A DNA stretch of 64,000 bases from Polyangiaceae bacterium (GCA_016712345.1 JADJRH010000002.1:264466-328465), one strand, 5' to 3'. Positions 10,813 through 21,152 are shown, counted from the stretch's first letter. Made by a program: numbers and translations. The notes: generated from the sequence alone by a model not told the origin.

Positions 10813-11739
10813 TCAGTCGCGCGATGCAAAACGATGCAGATCCGCCTCGCTCACCCCCAGTTTTATCAGGGCGTCGCGAAGTCGAGAGCGCTGTATGGAG
10901 ATCACCGTGGGCATGCCGCCCGACAAACCAAACAGCGTGAGAAAGTTGATTCCGCTGTCAAACCGCGCGGCGAACGTCACATTGTCCCCGTCGATGACCG
11001 CCGCTGCGCGCGCTCGTTCTTGGCCCAATAAGAGCAACAACGTTTTGTCGTATGCGCCTTCGTTTTGCGACGCTTCGACGATCACGAGGTCTTTGCCCAC
11101 GTGCTCGTAGCCGCGGGCCAGATGCCGCGCGCGTTCTTCGAGAGGCACAAGTTGCGAGCCTGCCTCATCGATCGGCTGCCACAACGACGCGTCTTTCAAT
11201 CCTTCGGCGAGGTGCCGAACAATGAAACCGAGCAGCGCGTGATCGCGGCCTTTGGCGCGGATCGCCCTGTCAAACCTCGCCGCGATGGCGCTCGGTGTTC
11301 CGAGGCGAGTATCAATCGCGCGGGCGTCGGCGTCGCAGCCTTCATACGGTTCAATGCCGCCTCGCATCCATTTTGCGGCGCTCGCAAGCCCGTCAAAATC
11401 ACCGTGGCAAACAATGGTGTCCACCTTGCCGGTGCGTTCCACAAGCGCCTTGTCGATCATTTCGGGGCAAGCACCGTGCTCGGCTTTGGTGCGCAGAAAA
11501 AAGCGCGGATCGTCGGCGAAACGACCGTGGTGTACACTGTCGTGGTGGTCGACCCAAAGCGACAAACGCGGCCCCAGCCCGTTGATGAACGGCAAGGTCA
11601 CTTTTTCAAAGCTCTGACCTCCCGCTTCTGAAACAAATGCGATGTCTAAAACGACCACATTGCCGGCCAATTCACGGGGCTTTGGCAATTTTCGAGGGGT
11701 CGCAAAGGCCAATTGAAACGCTGAAGCGGAAGGGGGCAT
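10813..11739 (-). CDS. DHH-family phosphoesterase
   Basis: IVCHGDFDGLASAA matches the DHH-motif region (HxDxDG..S). Size about 300 aa. Start chosen at MPPSASAF. Confidence 0.5.
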   Translation of the reverse strand: MPPSASAFQLAFATPRKLPKPRELAGNVVVLDIAFVSEAGGQSFEKVTLPFINGLGPRLSLWVDHHDSVHHGRFADDPRFFLRTKAEHGACPEMIDKALVERTGKVDTIVCHGDFDGLASAAKWMRGGIEPYEGCDADARAIDTRLGTPSAIAARFDRAIRAKGRDHALLGFIVRHLAEGLKDASLWQPIDEAGSQLVPLEERARHLARGYEHVGKDLVIVEASQNEGAYDKTLLLLLGQERARAAAVIDGDNVTFAARFDSGINFLTLFGLSGGMPTVISIQRSRLRDALIKLGVSEADLHRFASRD

Positions 11740-11856
11740 AAGGCTGTTTTCCAACGTCCGGTGCACGAATTCGCCGACCGATCGCTCGTCTGAATGAGAC
11801 GCGCTACCATCACAACTACGTAAGCTGTGGGGCTTCGACTTATGGGAAAACGTCCG

Positions 11857-12954
11857 ATGTTGCAAAAGTCTCGATGGGCGCACCCCGGCGCGATTCGGTC
11901 ATTCGGGGTCTTTTTCAGCTTTCTTTTTTGCGGGCCCGTTGCCGCGCATCTTTCGCTAAGCGCGGGGCCGAGTCTTTCGCTCGGCGCAGATGCGCATGCG
12001 GATGATGGCACCGCAAGCGCGTCGACGGTTTCACCATGTGTACTCAAGGGCTCCCAGCCTCTCGCCAAAGGCACTCAGATTTTTGATGCGGTCAAAGACG
12101 GCCACGCAGTTGCCGAAATGACGGGGGCCGTCATTCCGCTTCAAATTTCTGAAATTCCCGCCGATCCGTCACAAGGGCGTGCCAAGTTCCAAACCTCCAA
12201 CGGCTCGCCGAGTGTACGCATTGATGGGTACGCACCGGTGACAGCTGCAACCATTTGGACCGTGAAAGACGTGCCCGTTGCGTCGGGACATGTGTGGATC
12301 TCCGACGGCCAAAAAGTAAAACTCACCAAAGCTCAAACGAGCCAACTCACAGCGGAGTTGACAATCGCCGGGTCGCAGAGCCAGGTAGCAAAAGGCACGG
12401 CGGCGTGTGAATCGTTCGCGCTCGAAAAAGGCACCGTGACAACGTTTACAGTGCCCGGAAACGGTCGCGGTTATCAAATGAAGTCAAGTTCGCTTGACCT
12501 CTACGACGACGCCAACGGCAGCGTGATCTTCTCGCTCAATATGCTTGAAGGCACGGGGCAGCTTTTTTGGAGCACCGAGTCCAAAGCGGGATTTGTACAC
12601 TTGCAAACGCGAGGCGACATCACGGTCGATGCGTGGGCCAAGTGGAGCGCGCTAAACCCTTTAAAAAAGGGTGAAATGATGGACCAAGCCATTCCCTCTC
12701 AAACCCTCATTACAGGTGCATCGCTGTCGCTCGACAAGCCGCCGCCGCTCCAAAAAGCTGCCAAAGACATTCCCATTCGACCGCGGCGCGATCTCAAAGA
12801 AAAAACCATCGGTGTCATTGAAACGGGCGCCGAGTTTTACGTGACAGAAACAATCGTTGGGTGGGCCAATATTCTCCCCAAACACCTTGGAATGACGCCT
12901 CCCGCCGACACCGGCTTCTGGATCGAGTCGTCCAACCTGTCCCCTTCAAATTAA
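11857..12954 (+). CDS. secreted hypothetical protein
   Basis: N-terminal hydrophobic signal-like segment IRSFGVFFSFLFCGPVAAHLSLSA. No recognisable domain. Confidence 0.35.
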   Translation: MLQKSRWAHPGAIRSFGVFFSFLFCGPVAAHLSLSAGPSLSLGADAHADDGTASASTVSPCVLKGSQPLAKGTQIFDAVKDGHAVAEMTGAVIPLQISEIPADPSQGRAKFQTSNGSPSVRIDGYAPVTAATIWTVKDVPVASGHVWISDGQKVKLTKAQTSQLTAELTIAGSQSQVAKGTAACESFALEKGTVTTFTVPGNGRGYQMKSSSLDLYDDANGSVIFSLNMLEGTGQLFWSTESKAGFVHLQTRGDITVDAWAKWSALNPLKKGEMMDQAIPSQTLITGASLSLDKPPPLQKAAKDIPIRPRRDLKEKTIGVIETGAEFYVTETIVGWANILPKHLGMTPPADTGFWIESSNLSPSN

Positions 12955-13127
12955 TCAGACCCGCGTGTGTCCGACCGAGATCGTCGTTTCACGTTGAGCG
13001 ACGTGTGCGGAACGCGTCTGGTTTCGCAGAAACTTTTTTCGTTTCACGTGCGCGCTCCCGGGCTGCGAACAATCATCCACGTTGGTGCTTGATTGTGCGG
13101 CCCGCGCGCGCTCAGAATGCGCCCGCC

Positions 13128-15668
13128 GTGACAACCCTTCGCACCCTTGTTTCCAGCCTATCCCTCGCGTTGGCCTTTGTGACAACAGCAACGGGGGCGT
13201 TTGCTCAAGCCGCGCCAACGGCATCCCCGGTGACGGTTCAAGGCGGGCCCGGACAAGATACGCTGTGGGTTGAGTACACATCAAAAGCGATATCCACGCG
13301 GGCGTGTGCAGGGCCGTGTGGTTCCGGGGGTGAATCGCTTGTGATGTCCGATGTGCCGACTGAGGTGCTCGCATCTGCCGGCTCGGCGAAAACAACGGTG
13401 ATCGCGCTCGAAAACGGCAGGCGTATTCTGAGGCTTGATGTTGAAGTCCCTGTCAAAGACGCTCCAAGCTCCCTGTGGACAGCGCTCTTCGCGGCTCCGC
13501 TTGCAAGCGCAAAACAGTCTCAGGCCACCGTGCTCTGGAGTGGTTGGCTCGGGAAAAAAGGGGGTCTTGAAGGTGAAGAGGTGATGAACGTTCTTCGAGT
13601 GGAGCCGCTCGCAAAAGGCAATCGAGTGGTGCTCGGGGAGCAACGTGAGAGTTTGACCATCTGCGGTCGTCCGGCGGTTGTGGCCGCCCGCGCAGTAGAT
13701 CCTCAAACATTGAGTTGGTCAAAAAGTGCCATGGTAGACAGCCTTTCCGACGACGAAAAAAAGAAAGCGGAAAAGGTTGTCGCGGTGCGTGAAACAGGCA
13801 CTTTGCCGGCGCCCACAGTTCGGCTGCTGCGTGCCAATGCCGCTTCAAGCGCGCTTGAAAAACGGATTGACAGTCTCACCGACGGCAGCACTGAACTCGG
13901 GTGGACCGAGGCCAAAATAGGCGACGGTCGCGGTGAGTGGGTTCGAATGGCCGCATCAAACGACGTTGGAATTGTCGGCTTGTCCGTACAAATTCGGCCC
14001 ACAGCGGTAGAAGTGCCCGACGGTGCCGCACCAAGCACTCTTTATTTTGCCACCGACACGAAACTCTACCAATTGGATCTACCCGACAGCGCATGGGGAG
14101 ATCGCGATGCTCGGTATGAAGTGAAACTCCCGGCAGAATTGAAAACATCGTGTTTGGCAGTGGTTGTCGGCGGTGCACATTCTGCCAAGAATGTAGCCAA
14201 TCCGCGCGTGACAATCGCGGAGATCACCGCCAGAACCGCCCTCGACAGCTTGAGTTTGGAGGCGCTCGCCAATTCACTTGGACAGGGGGGAGACAAGGCG
14301 CGCGCTGCGGCAGCCATGCTCGCAAAAGGCGATTCAAAGGGAATTGCGGCGATCGCGTCGGCTTGGACTAAACTCGACGGAGCCGGTCAATCGTTGGCCA
14401 TGGAGGTTGTCGACGGCGCGGCGTGCACAGAACAGGCTCCCTTTTACGCTGAACGGCTCACTCAACTGGCAGACAAAAAGTTGAGTGGACCTTCGGCCGA
14501 TCCTGTGGCCGCCCACGCGCGTGACAGACTTCGTCGTTGCGGTCGCGCATCGGCGCCCGCCCTGGGGAAGTTGATCAAAGAAGCCCCAGATGCGGTGCGC
14601 ATTGTTGCGGCCGAAGAAATGGCCGTGGTTGCGCCCGCTGAAACCGTGACTGCCATTGTTTCAGTGTTGCCCAAACTCAACGACGCTGTTCGGAGAGAAT
14701 TGCGCGGGTCGTTGGCAAAGGCCGCCGGGTCGGCAAAGGCCCGCACAACCGTTACGGAGCACCTTCAAAACGAGCGTTTTTCAACATTCGATGAAGTTGT
14801 GAAAATAGACCTATTGCGCGCCGTTGGTCCCGCATTGCCTGACATCGAAAACGGCAAACAGGCACTCTTCGGACTGCTGAGCAAACAAGCCTCTTTCCGA
14901 GCGCGTTATTTGTTGCTCGCTCCAACAGCCGATTTGGCATCCAAGGGAGATGCCGAGTCGATTACATTTGTTCGCGAAGCGCTGCTCAAAGATGTGGACA
15001 AACACGTTCGAACGCGAGCCGCCGAAGTGTCCGCCAAAGTGCCTTCGCTCTCGGCCGACTTGGTGACCGCGGCAGCCGATTCAGAGCCTCGGGTCCGCGA
15101 AGCGGCGCTCCACGCGCTCGGGCAAAGTGCCAATCAGGGCAATAAACTCCCCACCACCGCAGAGCCGGTGTTGGCTGCGAGTTTGTCCAAAGACGGCTGG
15201 ACATTCGTCCGCATCGCCGCCGCAGATGCTCTTTCGGTTTCGCCGAAGAGTGACAGTGTCGACAAGGCTCTTGCCGATGCGTTACTCGATGTTTCGCCTG
15301 AAGTGCGAGGCCGCGCGCTTGACGGTCTTGGTGTACACAAAGCGCGAACATACGCGGCGGCGGTTCGCGAAAGGGCTCAAATCCCAGAAGAAACGCTTGA
15401 TGTCCGCGTGCGGGCGCTTTTGGCACTCGGCGCCATGTGTGATCGCGAAAGTGTTGACTACCTCACCAAAATGGCACTCGGCGCCGCGTCGCAGACATCC
15501 GAAGTTGAACGCCGGCTCGGTGCTGCGGCGCTCACAGCGCTGGGTGAAATTCATCCTTCGGATCTCGCAAAGCGGATTGAGAAACTCACCAGCAAAGAAA
15601 GCCCAATTCTCGTCCGTGAAATGGCTAAATCGGCGCTCAGTGCAACAACCACTTGTGAATCAAAATAG
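13128..15668 (+). CDS. secreted HEAT/armadillo-repeat protein
   Basis: In-frame GTG start precedes the signal peptide LRTLVSSLSLALAFVTTATGAFAQA. C-terminal third carries repeated HEAT-like units (VRTRAAEVSAK..., VREAALHALG..., VRIAAADAL..., VRGRALDGLG..., VRVRALLALG...). Confidence 0.5.
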   Translation: MTTLRTLVSSLSLALAFVTTATGAFAQAAPTASPVTVQGGPGQDTLWVEYTSKAISTRACAGPCGSGGESLVMSDVPTEVLASAGSAKTTVIALENGRRILRLDVEVPVKDAPSSLWTALFAAPLASAKQSQATVLWSGWLGKKGGLEGEEVMNVLRVEPLAKGNRVVLGEQRESLTICGRPAVVAARAVDPQTLSWSKSAMVDSLSDDEKKKAEKVVAVRETGTLPAPTVRLLRANAASSALEKRIDSLTDGSTELGWTEAKIGDGRGEWVRMAASNDVGIVGLSVQIRPTAVEVPDGAAPSTLYFATDTKLYQLDLPDSAWGDRDARYEVKLPAELKTSCLAVVVGGAHSAKNVANPRVTIAEITARTALDSLSLEALANSLGQGGDKARAAAAMLAKGDSKGIAAIASAWTKLDGAGQSLAMEVVDGAACTEQAPFYAERLTQLADKKLSGPSADPVAAHARDRLRRCGRASAPALGKLIKEAPDAVRIVAAEEMAVVAPAETVTAIVSVLPKLNDAVRRELRGSLAKAAGSAKARTTVTEHLQNERFSTFDEVVKIDLLRAVGPALPDIENGKQALFGLLSKQASFRARYLLLAPTADLASKGDAESITFVREALLKDVDKHVRTRAAEVSAKVPSLSADLVTAAADSEPRVREAALHALGQSANQGNKLPTTAEPVLAASLSKDGWTFVRIAAADALSVSPKSDSVDKALADALLDVSPEVRGRALDGLGVHKARTYAAAVRERAQIPEETLDVRVRALLALGAMCDRESVDYLTKMALGAASQTSEVERRLGAAALTALGEIHPSDLAKRIEKLTSKESPILVREMAKSALSATTTCESK

Positions 15669-15703
15669 TCCATTTGACCTCATCTAAATAAGGAGTCTGG
15701 ATC

Positions 15704-17335
15704 ATGCTTTTAGGCCGCATGATGAATTTCCCGCTCACGGTTACCCACTTTCTCCGTCGAGCAAAAGACTATTTTCCCGGCTCCGAAATTGTATCGAGGG
15801 CAACCGACAAGTCGCTCCACCGGTCTACCTATTCAGCCTTTTACGGACGCGCGTGTCGCCTGGCCAACGCGCTCAAAAAACTCGGGGTAAAACAGGGTGA
15901 TCGCGTCGCGACCTTGTGTTGGAATCATCAGCCCCATTTAGAAGCGTACTTCGGCGTTCCGGCCATGGGTGCCGTCGTCCACACTCTCAACCTCAGACTC
16001 CATCCGTCGGAGATTGGGTACATTGCCAATCACGCCGAAGACAAAGTCGTTATTGTGGACCGCTCCCTTTTGCCACTCTTTGAGAAGTTTGCCGAAACGG
16101 TTCGCTCCATCGAAAAGGTGATCGTTGTTGGTGACCCTCACAGTCAAGCTCCCGTTTCAGGGGCTTACTTGGACTATGAAACGCTCCTCGCCGCCGAACC
16201 TGACACATTTGATTTCCCCAACCTGGATGAAAATGCGGCCGCGATGATCTGTTACACGTCGGGCACCACCGGCAATCCAAAAGGGGTTGTATACAGTCAC
16301 AGGTCCACCGTCTTACATGCCCTTGTTGCATCCCTTCCCGACGAGTTGGGCGTTCGTCAAGCCGATACGGTATTACCCGTCGTTCCCATGTTTCACGCGG
16401 CTGCGTGGGGTCTACCCTACATGGCAGTTGGGGCCGGCGCGAAAATTGTGTTTCCCGGACCACATCTCGACCCGGCAAGTTTGCTCGACCTAATGGCGGC
16501 CGAAAAAGCCACGATTGCGGGCGGTGTACCCACCATCTGGATTGGCATTTTGGCGCTGCTCGACAAAGACCCCAAAAAGTGGGATCTGTCCTCCATTCGA
16601 GCCATGGTGATCGGCGGTTCCGCGGCGCCGGCCACAATGATTGAGGGCTTTCAAACCCGACACGGGCTTGAAGTGCTTCACGCCTGGGGCATGACAGAAA
16701 CCAACCCGCTCGGCACTGTGGCTCGGGTGAAACATCACCTGACAAAACTCTCCGCCGAAGACCAACTTCGCGTTCGGGCAACTCAAGGGTATGCCGCACC
16801 GTTTGTTGAGGTCAGGCATACCGACGACAGTGGAAACGTTCTACCCTGGAACGGCGAGTCTATGGGTGAGTTGGAAGTGCGAGGCCCGTGGGTAGCCGCC
16901 TCGTATTTCGGGGGGGAAGGCTCGGACAAGTTTACCGCCGACGGTTGGTTTAAGACCGGCGATGTGGTGACGATCGATAAAGAAGGGTATGTCAAAATTA
17001 CAGATCGCGCCAAAGACGTGATCAAGTCGGGCGGCGAGTGGATTAGTTCGGTGGCGCTTGAGAACGCCTTAATGAGCCATCCGGCCGTTCTTGAAGCGGC
17101 TGTGTTCGCAGCAAAACATGCCAAGTGGGACGAGCGCCCCGTGGCTGCGATTGTTCTGAAAGAAGGGCAAACCGCAACCAAAGAAGATCTGACAACCCAT
17201 ATTGAGTCACGGTTTGCGAAATTCTGGCTCCCTGAAGACTACGTGTTTTTGAATCAGATCCCACGCACATCAACGGGTAAGTTTTTGAAGAGCAAACTCC
17301 GCGACGAGCATGGGGAGATCCTCCTCAAGAAGTAA
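15704..17335 (+). CDS. AMP-dependent fatty-acid--CoA ligase (acyl-CoA synthetase)
   Basis: AMP-binding motif ICYTSGTTGNPKGVVYSHRS, plus GWFKTGD and the C-terminal GKFLK lysine region. Length 543 aa. Confidence 0.85.
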   Translation: MLLGRMMNFPLTVTHFLRRAKDYFPGSEIVSRATDKSLHRSTYSAFYGRACRLANALKKLGVKQGDRVATLCWNHQPHLEAYFGVPAMGAVVHTLNLRLHPSEIGYIANHAEDKVVIVDRSLLPLFEKFAETVRSIEKVIVVGDPHSQAPVSGAYLDYETLLAAEPDTFDFPNLDENAAAMICYTSGTTGNPKGVVYSHRSTVLHALVASLPDELGVRQADTVLPVVPMFHAAAWGLPYMAVGAGAKIVFPGPHLDPASLLDLMAAEKATIAGGVPTIWIGILALLDKDPKKWDLSSIRAMVIGGSAAPATMIEGFQTRHGLEVLHAWGMTETNPLGTVARVKHHLTKLSAEDQLRVRATQGYAAPFVEVRHTDDSGNVLPWNGESMGELEVRGPWVAASYFGGEGSDKFTADGWFKTGDVVTIDKEGYVKITDRAKDVIKSGGEWISSVALENALMSHPAVLEAAVFAAKHAKWDERPVAAIVLKEGQTATKEDLTTHIESRFAKFWLPEDYVFLNQIPRTSTGKFLKSKLRDEHGEILLKK

Positions 17336-18773
17336 CCGCGTTTTGACGCCTACGCCGCCGACCCACCATCATCAATAATCCCACGATCGCACCGCTCAAA
17401 GCGCCCGAAGTTTCGGCTGCACCGCCGTCTACCCTGCAACCGCAGCCGCCGTCGCCGCCGCTGTTGCCGCCACCGCCGCTGCCGGCGTCGTTGCCGCCGC
17501 TTCCACCCGCCGTTCCCGTTCCGTTTCCGCCCGTTCCGGCGCCGCCGCTTGCGCTCGCACCTGTCCCGCCGCTTCCACCCGTTGCACCGCCAGCGCCTCC
17601 CGTCCCAACCATGCCACCGCCGATTTCGTACGCGCCGATATCGATCACACCCACCGCTGTGCGAGTTTCATGGCCCGTTGGATGCACGTAGTGCTCTTCA
17701 GGTGTCAGCGATTGTCCCGCGGCCATTCCGGGATCTACCCCCGCGTCTTTGCAAGGTGAAGTATCTTTAATTCGCAGGTCAAGAGAAGCCAAATCCACAA
17801 ACATCGGGTCGCCTGAAGCATCCAAAAAATTCGCCTCCAAAACGGCGCTCATTTGATTCGTGATCACGTCGTGGCCGGAGAAAATGTTGTTTCGCAAAAT
17901 GGCAGGTGTTGAAATCGCCCCACCCACGTTTACGAAAGCACCGGCACCCTTCCCATTATAAAACGTGTTGTTGATGACAAACAGGTCTGTGCCGGGATTT
18001 TTGGGATGAATCCCCTCCGCCCCGTACGAAACGATGTTTGAGTTTTCTGACATTGGCCCCTGTTGGACATAATTGCCAATGATCAACGACGTTCCCCCGT
18101 TGGGAAGGTCAATTTCGTAGCTGCCTGTCCCGTTTTCTTGGGTAAGCCGGTTGTATAAAATGTGGTTTTCGGCCGCGCGTGACTTGAGCAAATGGCCCAC
18201 TTTGGCGTCGTGAGAGTAGTTGTAACGGAAAGTGAGTTTCGCCACATGGTTAATGTACAGGTTGTGTGACTGACCATCCCCATAACCGTTTTCGGCAAAC
18301 TCTGTCTCTTCAATTAAGATCTCACTGCCGTCATTGTCACCCGCCAAAATGCCGTCTTCGTTATTGTGAAAGTAGCACTTTCTGACAGTCAGGTTTTTGC
18401 CTTCCTGCCGAATGCCGGCCCCATTTTGGTCCGGCACCGTGGCGCCGGTAAGTTCAATGTTCTCAATCACGGTGTTGGCTCCGCCAATCACCCAAATGGC
18501 TTTCCCCTGCGCATTTTGGCCGGCGGCGTCGATCTTGGGGCGACCATTCACCCCTACAATGGTCAAGTTGTCCGTCGCCCAATAACAAACGTCGCCGGCG
18601 TAGTTGCCTGTTGCATCCACCTCAATGGTGTCACCGGCTGCGGCGGCGGCGATCGCATCACAAGGCGTTGAATACGCCTTTCCCGGCCCCACCTGCAATG
18701 TGGCCGAATAAGCGGTTTGACTCGACACAAGAAGAATGAAGCCTGTTGCCGCGGCGACATGAGCGTTGCGCAT
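17325..18773 (-). CDS. secreted right-handed beta-helix (pectate-lyase-fold) protein with MYXO-CTERM sorting tail
   Basis: Signal peptide. Parallel beta-helix repeats (NxxG/NNxF patterns). Gly-rich spacer GGSGGTGASASGG.... C-terminus GGCGCRVDGG...AIVGLLMMVGRRRRRQ gives a Cys motif, TM helix and Arg cluster. Confidence 0.65.
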   Translation of the reverse strand: MRNAHVAAATGFILLVSSQTAYSATLQVGPGKAYSTPCDAIAAAAAGDTIEVDATGNYAGDVCYWATDNLTIVGVNGRPKIDAAGQNAQGKAIWVIGGANTVIENIELTGATVPDQNGAGIRQEGKNLTVRKCYFHNNEDGILAGDNDGSEILIEETEFAENGYGDGQSHNLYINHVAKLTFRYNYSHDAKVGHLLKSRAAENHILYNRLTQENGTGSYEIDLPNGGTSLIIGNYVQQGPMSENSNIVSYGAEGIHPKNPGTDLFVINNTFYNGKGAGAFVNVGGAISTPAILRNNIFSGHDVITNQMSAVLEANFLDASGDPMFVDLASLDLRIKDTSPCKDAGVDPGMAAGQSLTPEEHYVHPTGHETRTAVGVIDIGAYEIGGGMVGTGGAGGATGGSGGTGASASGGAGTGGNGTGTAGGSGGNDAGSGGGGNSGGDGGCGCRVDGGAAETSGALSGAIVGLLMMVGRRRRRQNAVTS

Positions 18774-18824
18774 GTGCTGAGATTAACAGTTTGAAGATCG
18801 GCAGTGCGAAAAACGGCCTTGCCG

Positions 18825-21071
18825 CTACACGGCGGTTGCGCGCTCGATCAACATTCGAAGGATGGGCGGCAGGCGCCGAACGTCACCGGCCACTTTTGCC
18901 GCGCCGCTGCCCACCGTCACGCTCATGTTGCATGTGCCCGAGCGCGGCAGGTGATCCATCCAATACAGATCGACTTTTTCGTCGTGAACCATGCGCCTCA
19001 CAAGCGGTTCGAGCGGGAGCACAACGCCGTCGCGAAAGCGTGCGAGGTAACACACGTTCGCAAGGCGAGCCGGACTCTGCAAACCGATGCGCCTTCGCGT
19101 GCCCGTCCCAACCGGCCCGGTGTGATCGATAAACTCCACCGTTTGCACGTCGCCGTAGAGATCGGGTTCGGTCCGTTCAACCGTCACCAATGTCCACGCG
19201 CAGAGAGGCCTCAGTGCTCGCAAAAATGTGCGCGTCATCTGCTCAAATTCAGGCAAATCGGCGGCGGCGCGCGCTTCGTTGTAATAGCCGTGCGCAAAGT
19301 TATTTCGCTCCGCCTGCATCAAGTTTGAGAGCTGCTCGAACGTTTGATTTTGCGCGAGCTTGATTTCAATGACTTCGCGCGCGAGCACTCCGAACGGATC
19401 ATCTTTTTCGGGAAATGCTTTGGCCGCCGTGCGCGCAAGTTCTCGCCATGATCCAAGCGCGAGCCCGTCACGTGTACCCATGCGGCGATAAAAATCGACC
19501 ATTGAGTCAAACGCGGGAGGTGACTCGCCGGGAGCCACGCGCTTTGAAAAGAGCGCGCTCACAAGCACCGTGGCGATGAAGCGCCACGTGCCTTCGAGAA
19601 CATCAAACAGCAGTTTCACGCGCTCGATCGCGCTGCCCGCGTTCACCGCGAGTTGTACACGTCCCGCAATCGGGTACGGAAGCCCACCCGCGAGCGCCGA
19701 CAAAACGCCGTGCGGATCGTTGCACTCGCGCGACAGCTCCATCGCGCGTTCGTTGGGATCGACGTTGTGCAAAATCTCCCACGAAAGCGTGCGCCAAAGC
19801 TCCATTTTGCCGTCCATGACAGGCGGCCTTCCGTGCCAATCACATTGCACCGATGAGCCCACCGCGCTCGCGTCGGTTTTCTTCGGAACGTTCACGGCGA
19901 CAACGCCTTTTGAGATCGGCGCGACAACCGCTCCCTGGCCCGCGTGACTCGCCACCACAGCGAGCAGTTCCTGCTCAAGCGCCGGCAAAATGTGACTGCC
20001 CACCGCGCGCAGAACCGATTGTTCCTCGATCGCAAAAAGAAGCGTTGTGCGCTTTTGATCCGAAGACATTTGCAACACGTCGTTCGCTTCGCCCAAACGT
20101 GTTGCACCTTGTCGATCGCGCAGCGCAATCGCGCCGCTCGCATTTGCACTCGCGCGCGCTGAAACCGTATCCGACAAGCCCAATGCCTTTGCCGCCGCCA
20201 GGGCCATTTCCACTTCTCGGCCCGCGCCCACCGCCTCGCCGCTCAACAGCCAAAAACCGCAGGCCATTTCCCCAAGGCCAACGCTTTTAAGCGCTTCTTC
20301 AAGTTTGCGTGCGCGCTCCGCGAGAGCCTGTGTATTGCCCGCCAGCAAGAGGATCACTGACTCATCCGCAACCCCGCACGGGGCCACGACGTCGGAGCGA
20401 TGAACCGCCATTGCGGCTTTTGAAATGGCCGACTCTTTTGACGAGGGCGTGGGCGCCGACGCCGTTCCCCCGGATGACAGCGCCGCCTCGGGAGCGCGTG
20501 GTGCGCGAACAACGACGAAGCCGCCCTGCTGACGTCGTTCGAGAAAACTCGCGGTTTCCTGCTCAATGCCCGCGCGACCCAAGAGGCCTGTTGTGGGGTC
20601 CACCGCGTCCGCCGGAACTGTCGGCGTCATGTACCGCCGATCCACAAACGTGGCGCGCATTCCTCCCACAAGAACGAACGCTCCGTGAGTGAGCGGCCCT
20701 TCTTCGTTGCGCGAAAGGGATCGCGATCCGACCTGCACCGGCACGCTGCACTCGTCGCGGCGCTTCAACCACCAACGCGTTCCATCGTGTCGGAATACGG
20801 CGGCCAAACGCGACGCCACGTCGGGGTACACAAGGTCGTTCACCTCGTCGCCCACACGGTCCGCGCGGCCCAACTTCAACGTTCCAAACGGGGAAAGCCG
20901 CAGCTCAACAAGGCTGCCGTCGCGCGTTTCAACGCGGAGTCGATCGGTGCCGCCAACATCCCCTCTCCAAAGCGACTGATTGGCGGCGGCGGAGAGCCAC
21001 ATGGTGGCTCCGGCCATGGTGGGCGCGCTCGCATCAGGCGGGAGAGGCATTGTCGATTCGATTAGCAGCAC
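18825..21071 (-). CDS. FHA domain protein with degenerate GGDEF-like region and large unknown C-terminal domain
   Basis: FHA-like LGRADRVGDEVNDLVYPDVASRLAAVFRHDGTRWWL...THGAFVLVG. Then TGLLGRAGIEQETASFLERR...GGFVVV and ILLLAGN...CGFWLLSGE resemble the edges of a GGDEF fold but lack the DxD/GGDEF core. Confidence 0.4.
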   Translation of the reverse strand: MLLIESTMPLPPDASAPTMAGATMWLSAAANQSLWRGDVGGTDRLRVETRDGSLVELRLSPFGTLKLGRADRVGDEVNDLVYPDVASRLAAVFRHDGTRWWLKRRDECSVPVQVGSRSLSRNEEGPLTHGAFVLVGGMRATFVDRRYMTPTVPADAVDPTTGLLGRAGIEQETASFLERRQQGGFVVVRAPRAPEAALSSGGTASAPTPSSKESAISKAAMAVHRSDVVAPCGVADESVILLLAGNTQALAERARKLEEALKSVGLGEMACGFWLLSGEAVGAGREVEMALAAAKALGLSDTVSARASANASGAIALRDRQGATRLGEANDVLQMSSDQKRTTLLFAIEEQSVLRAVGSHILPALEQELLAVVASHAGQGAVVAPISKGVVAVNVPKKTDASAVGSSVQCDWHGRPPVMDGKMELWRTLSWEILHNVDPNERAMELSRECNDPHGVLSALAGGLPYPIAGRVQLAVNAGSAIERVKLLFDVLEGTWRFIATVLVSALFSKRVAPGESPPAFDSMVDFYRRMGTRDGLALGSWRELARTAAKAFPEKDDPFGVLAREVIEIKLAQNQTFEQLSNLMQAERNNFAHGYYNEARAAADLPEFEQMTRTFLRALRPLCAWTLVTVERTEPDLYGDVQTVEFIDHTGPVGTGTRRRIGLQSPARLANVCYLARFRDGVVLPLEPLVRRMVHDEKVDLYWMDHLPRSGTCNMSVTVGSGAAKVAGDVRRLPPILRMLIERATAV

Positions 21072-21152
21072 CGTCGCCGGCTCGGAAGAGCCACGACGTT
21101 TGGGGTTACAAAGATATCGTTATCACCCATTTTACCGAGTGGACACGCGACC

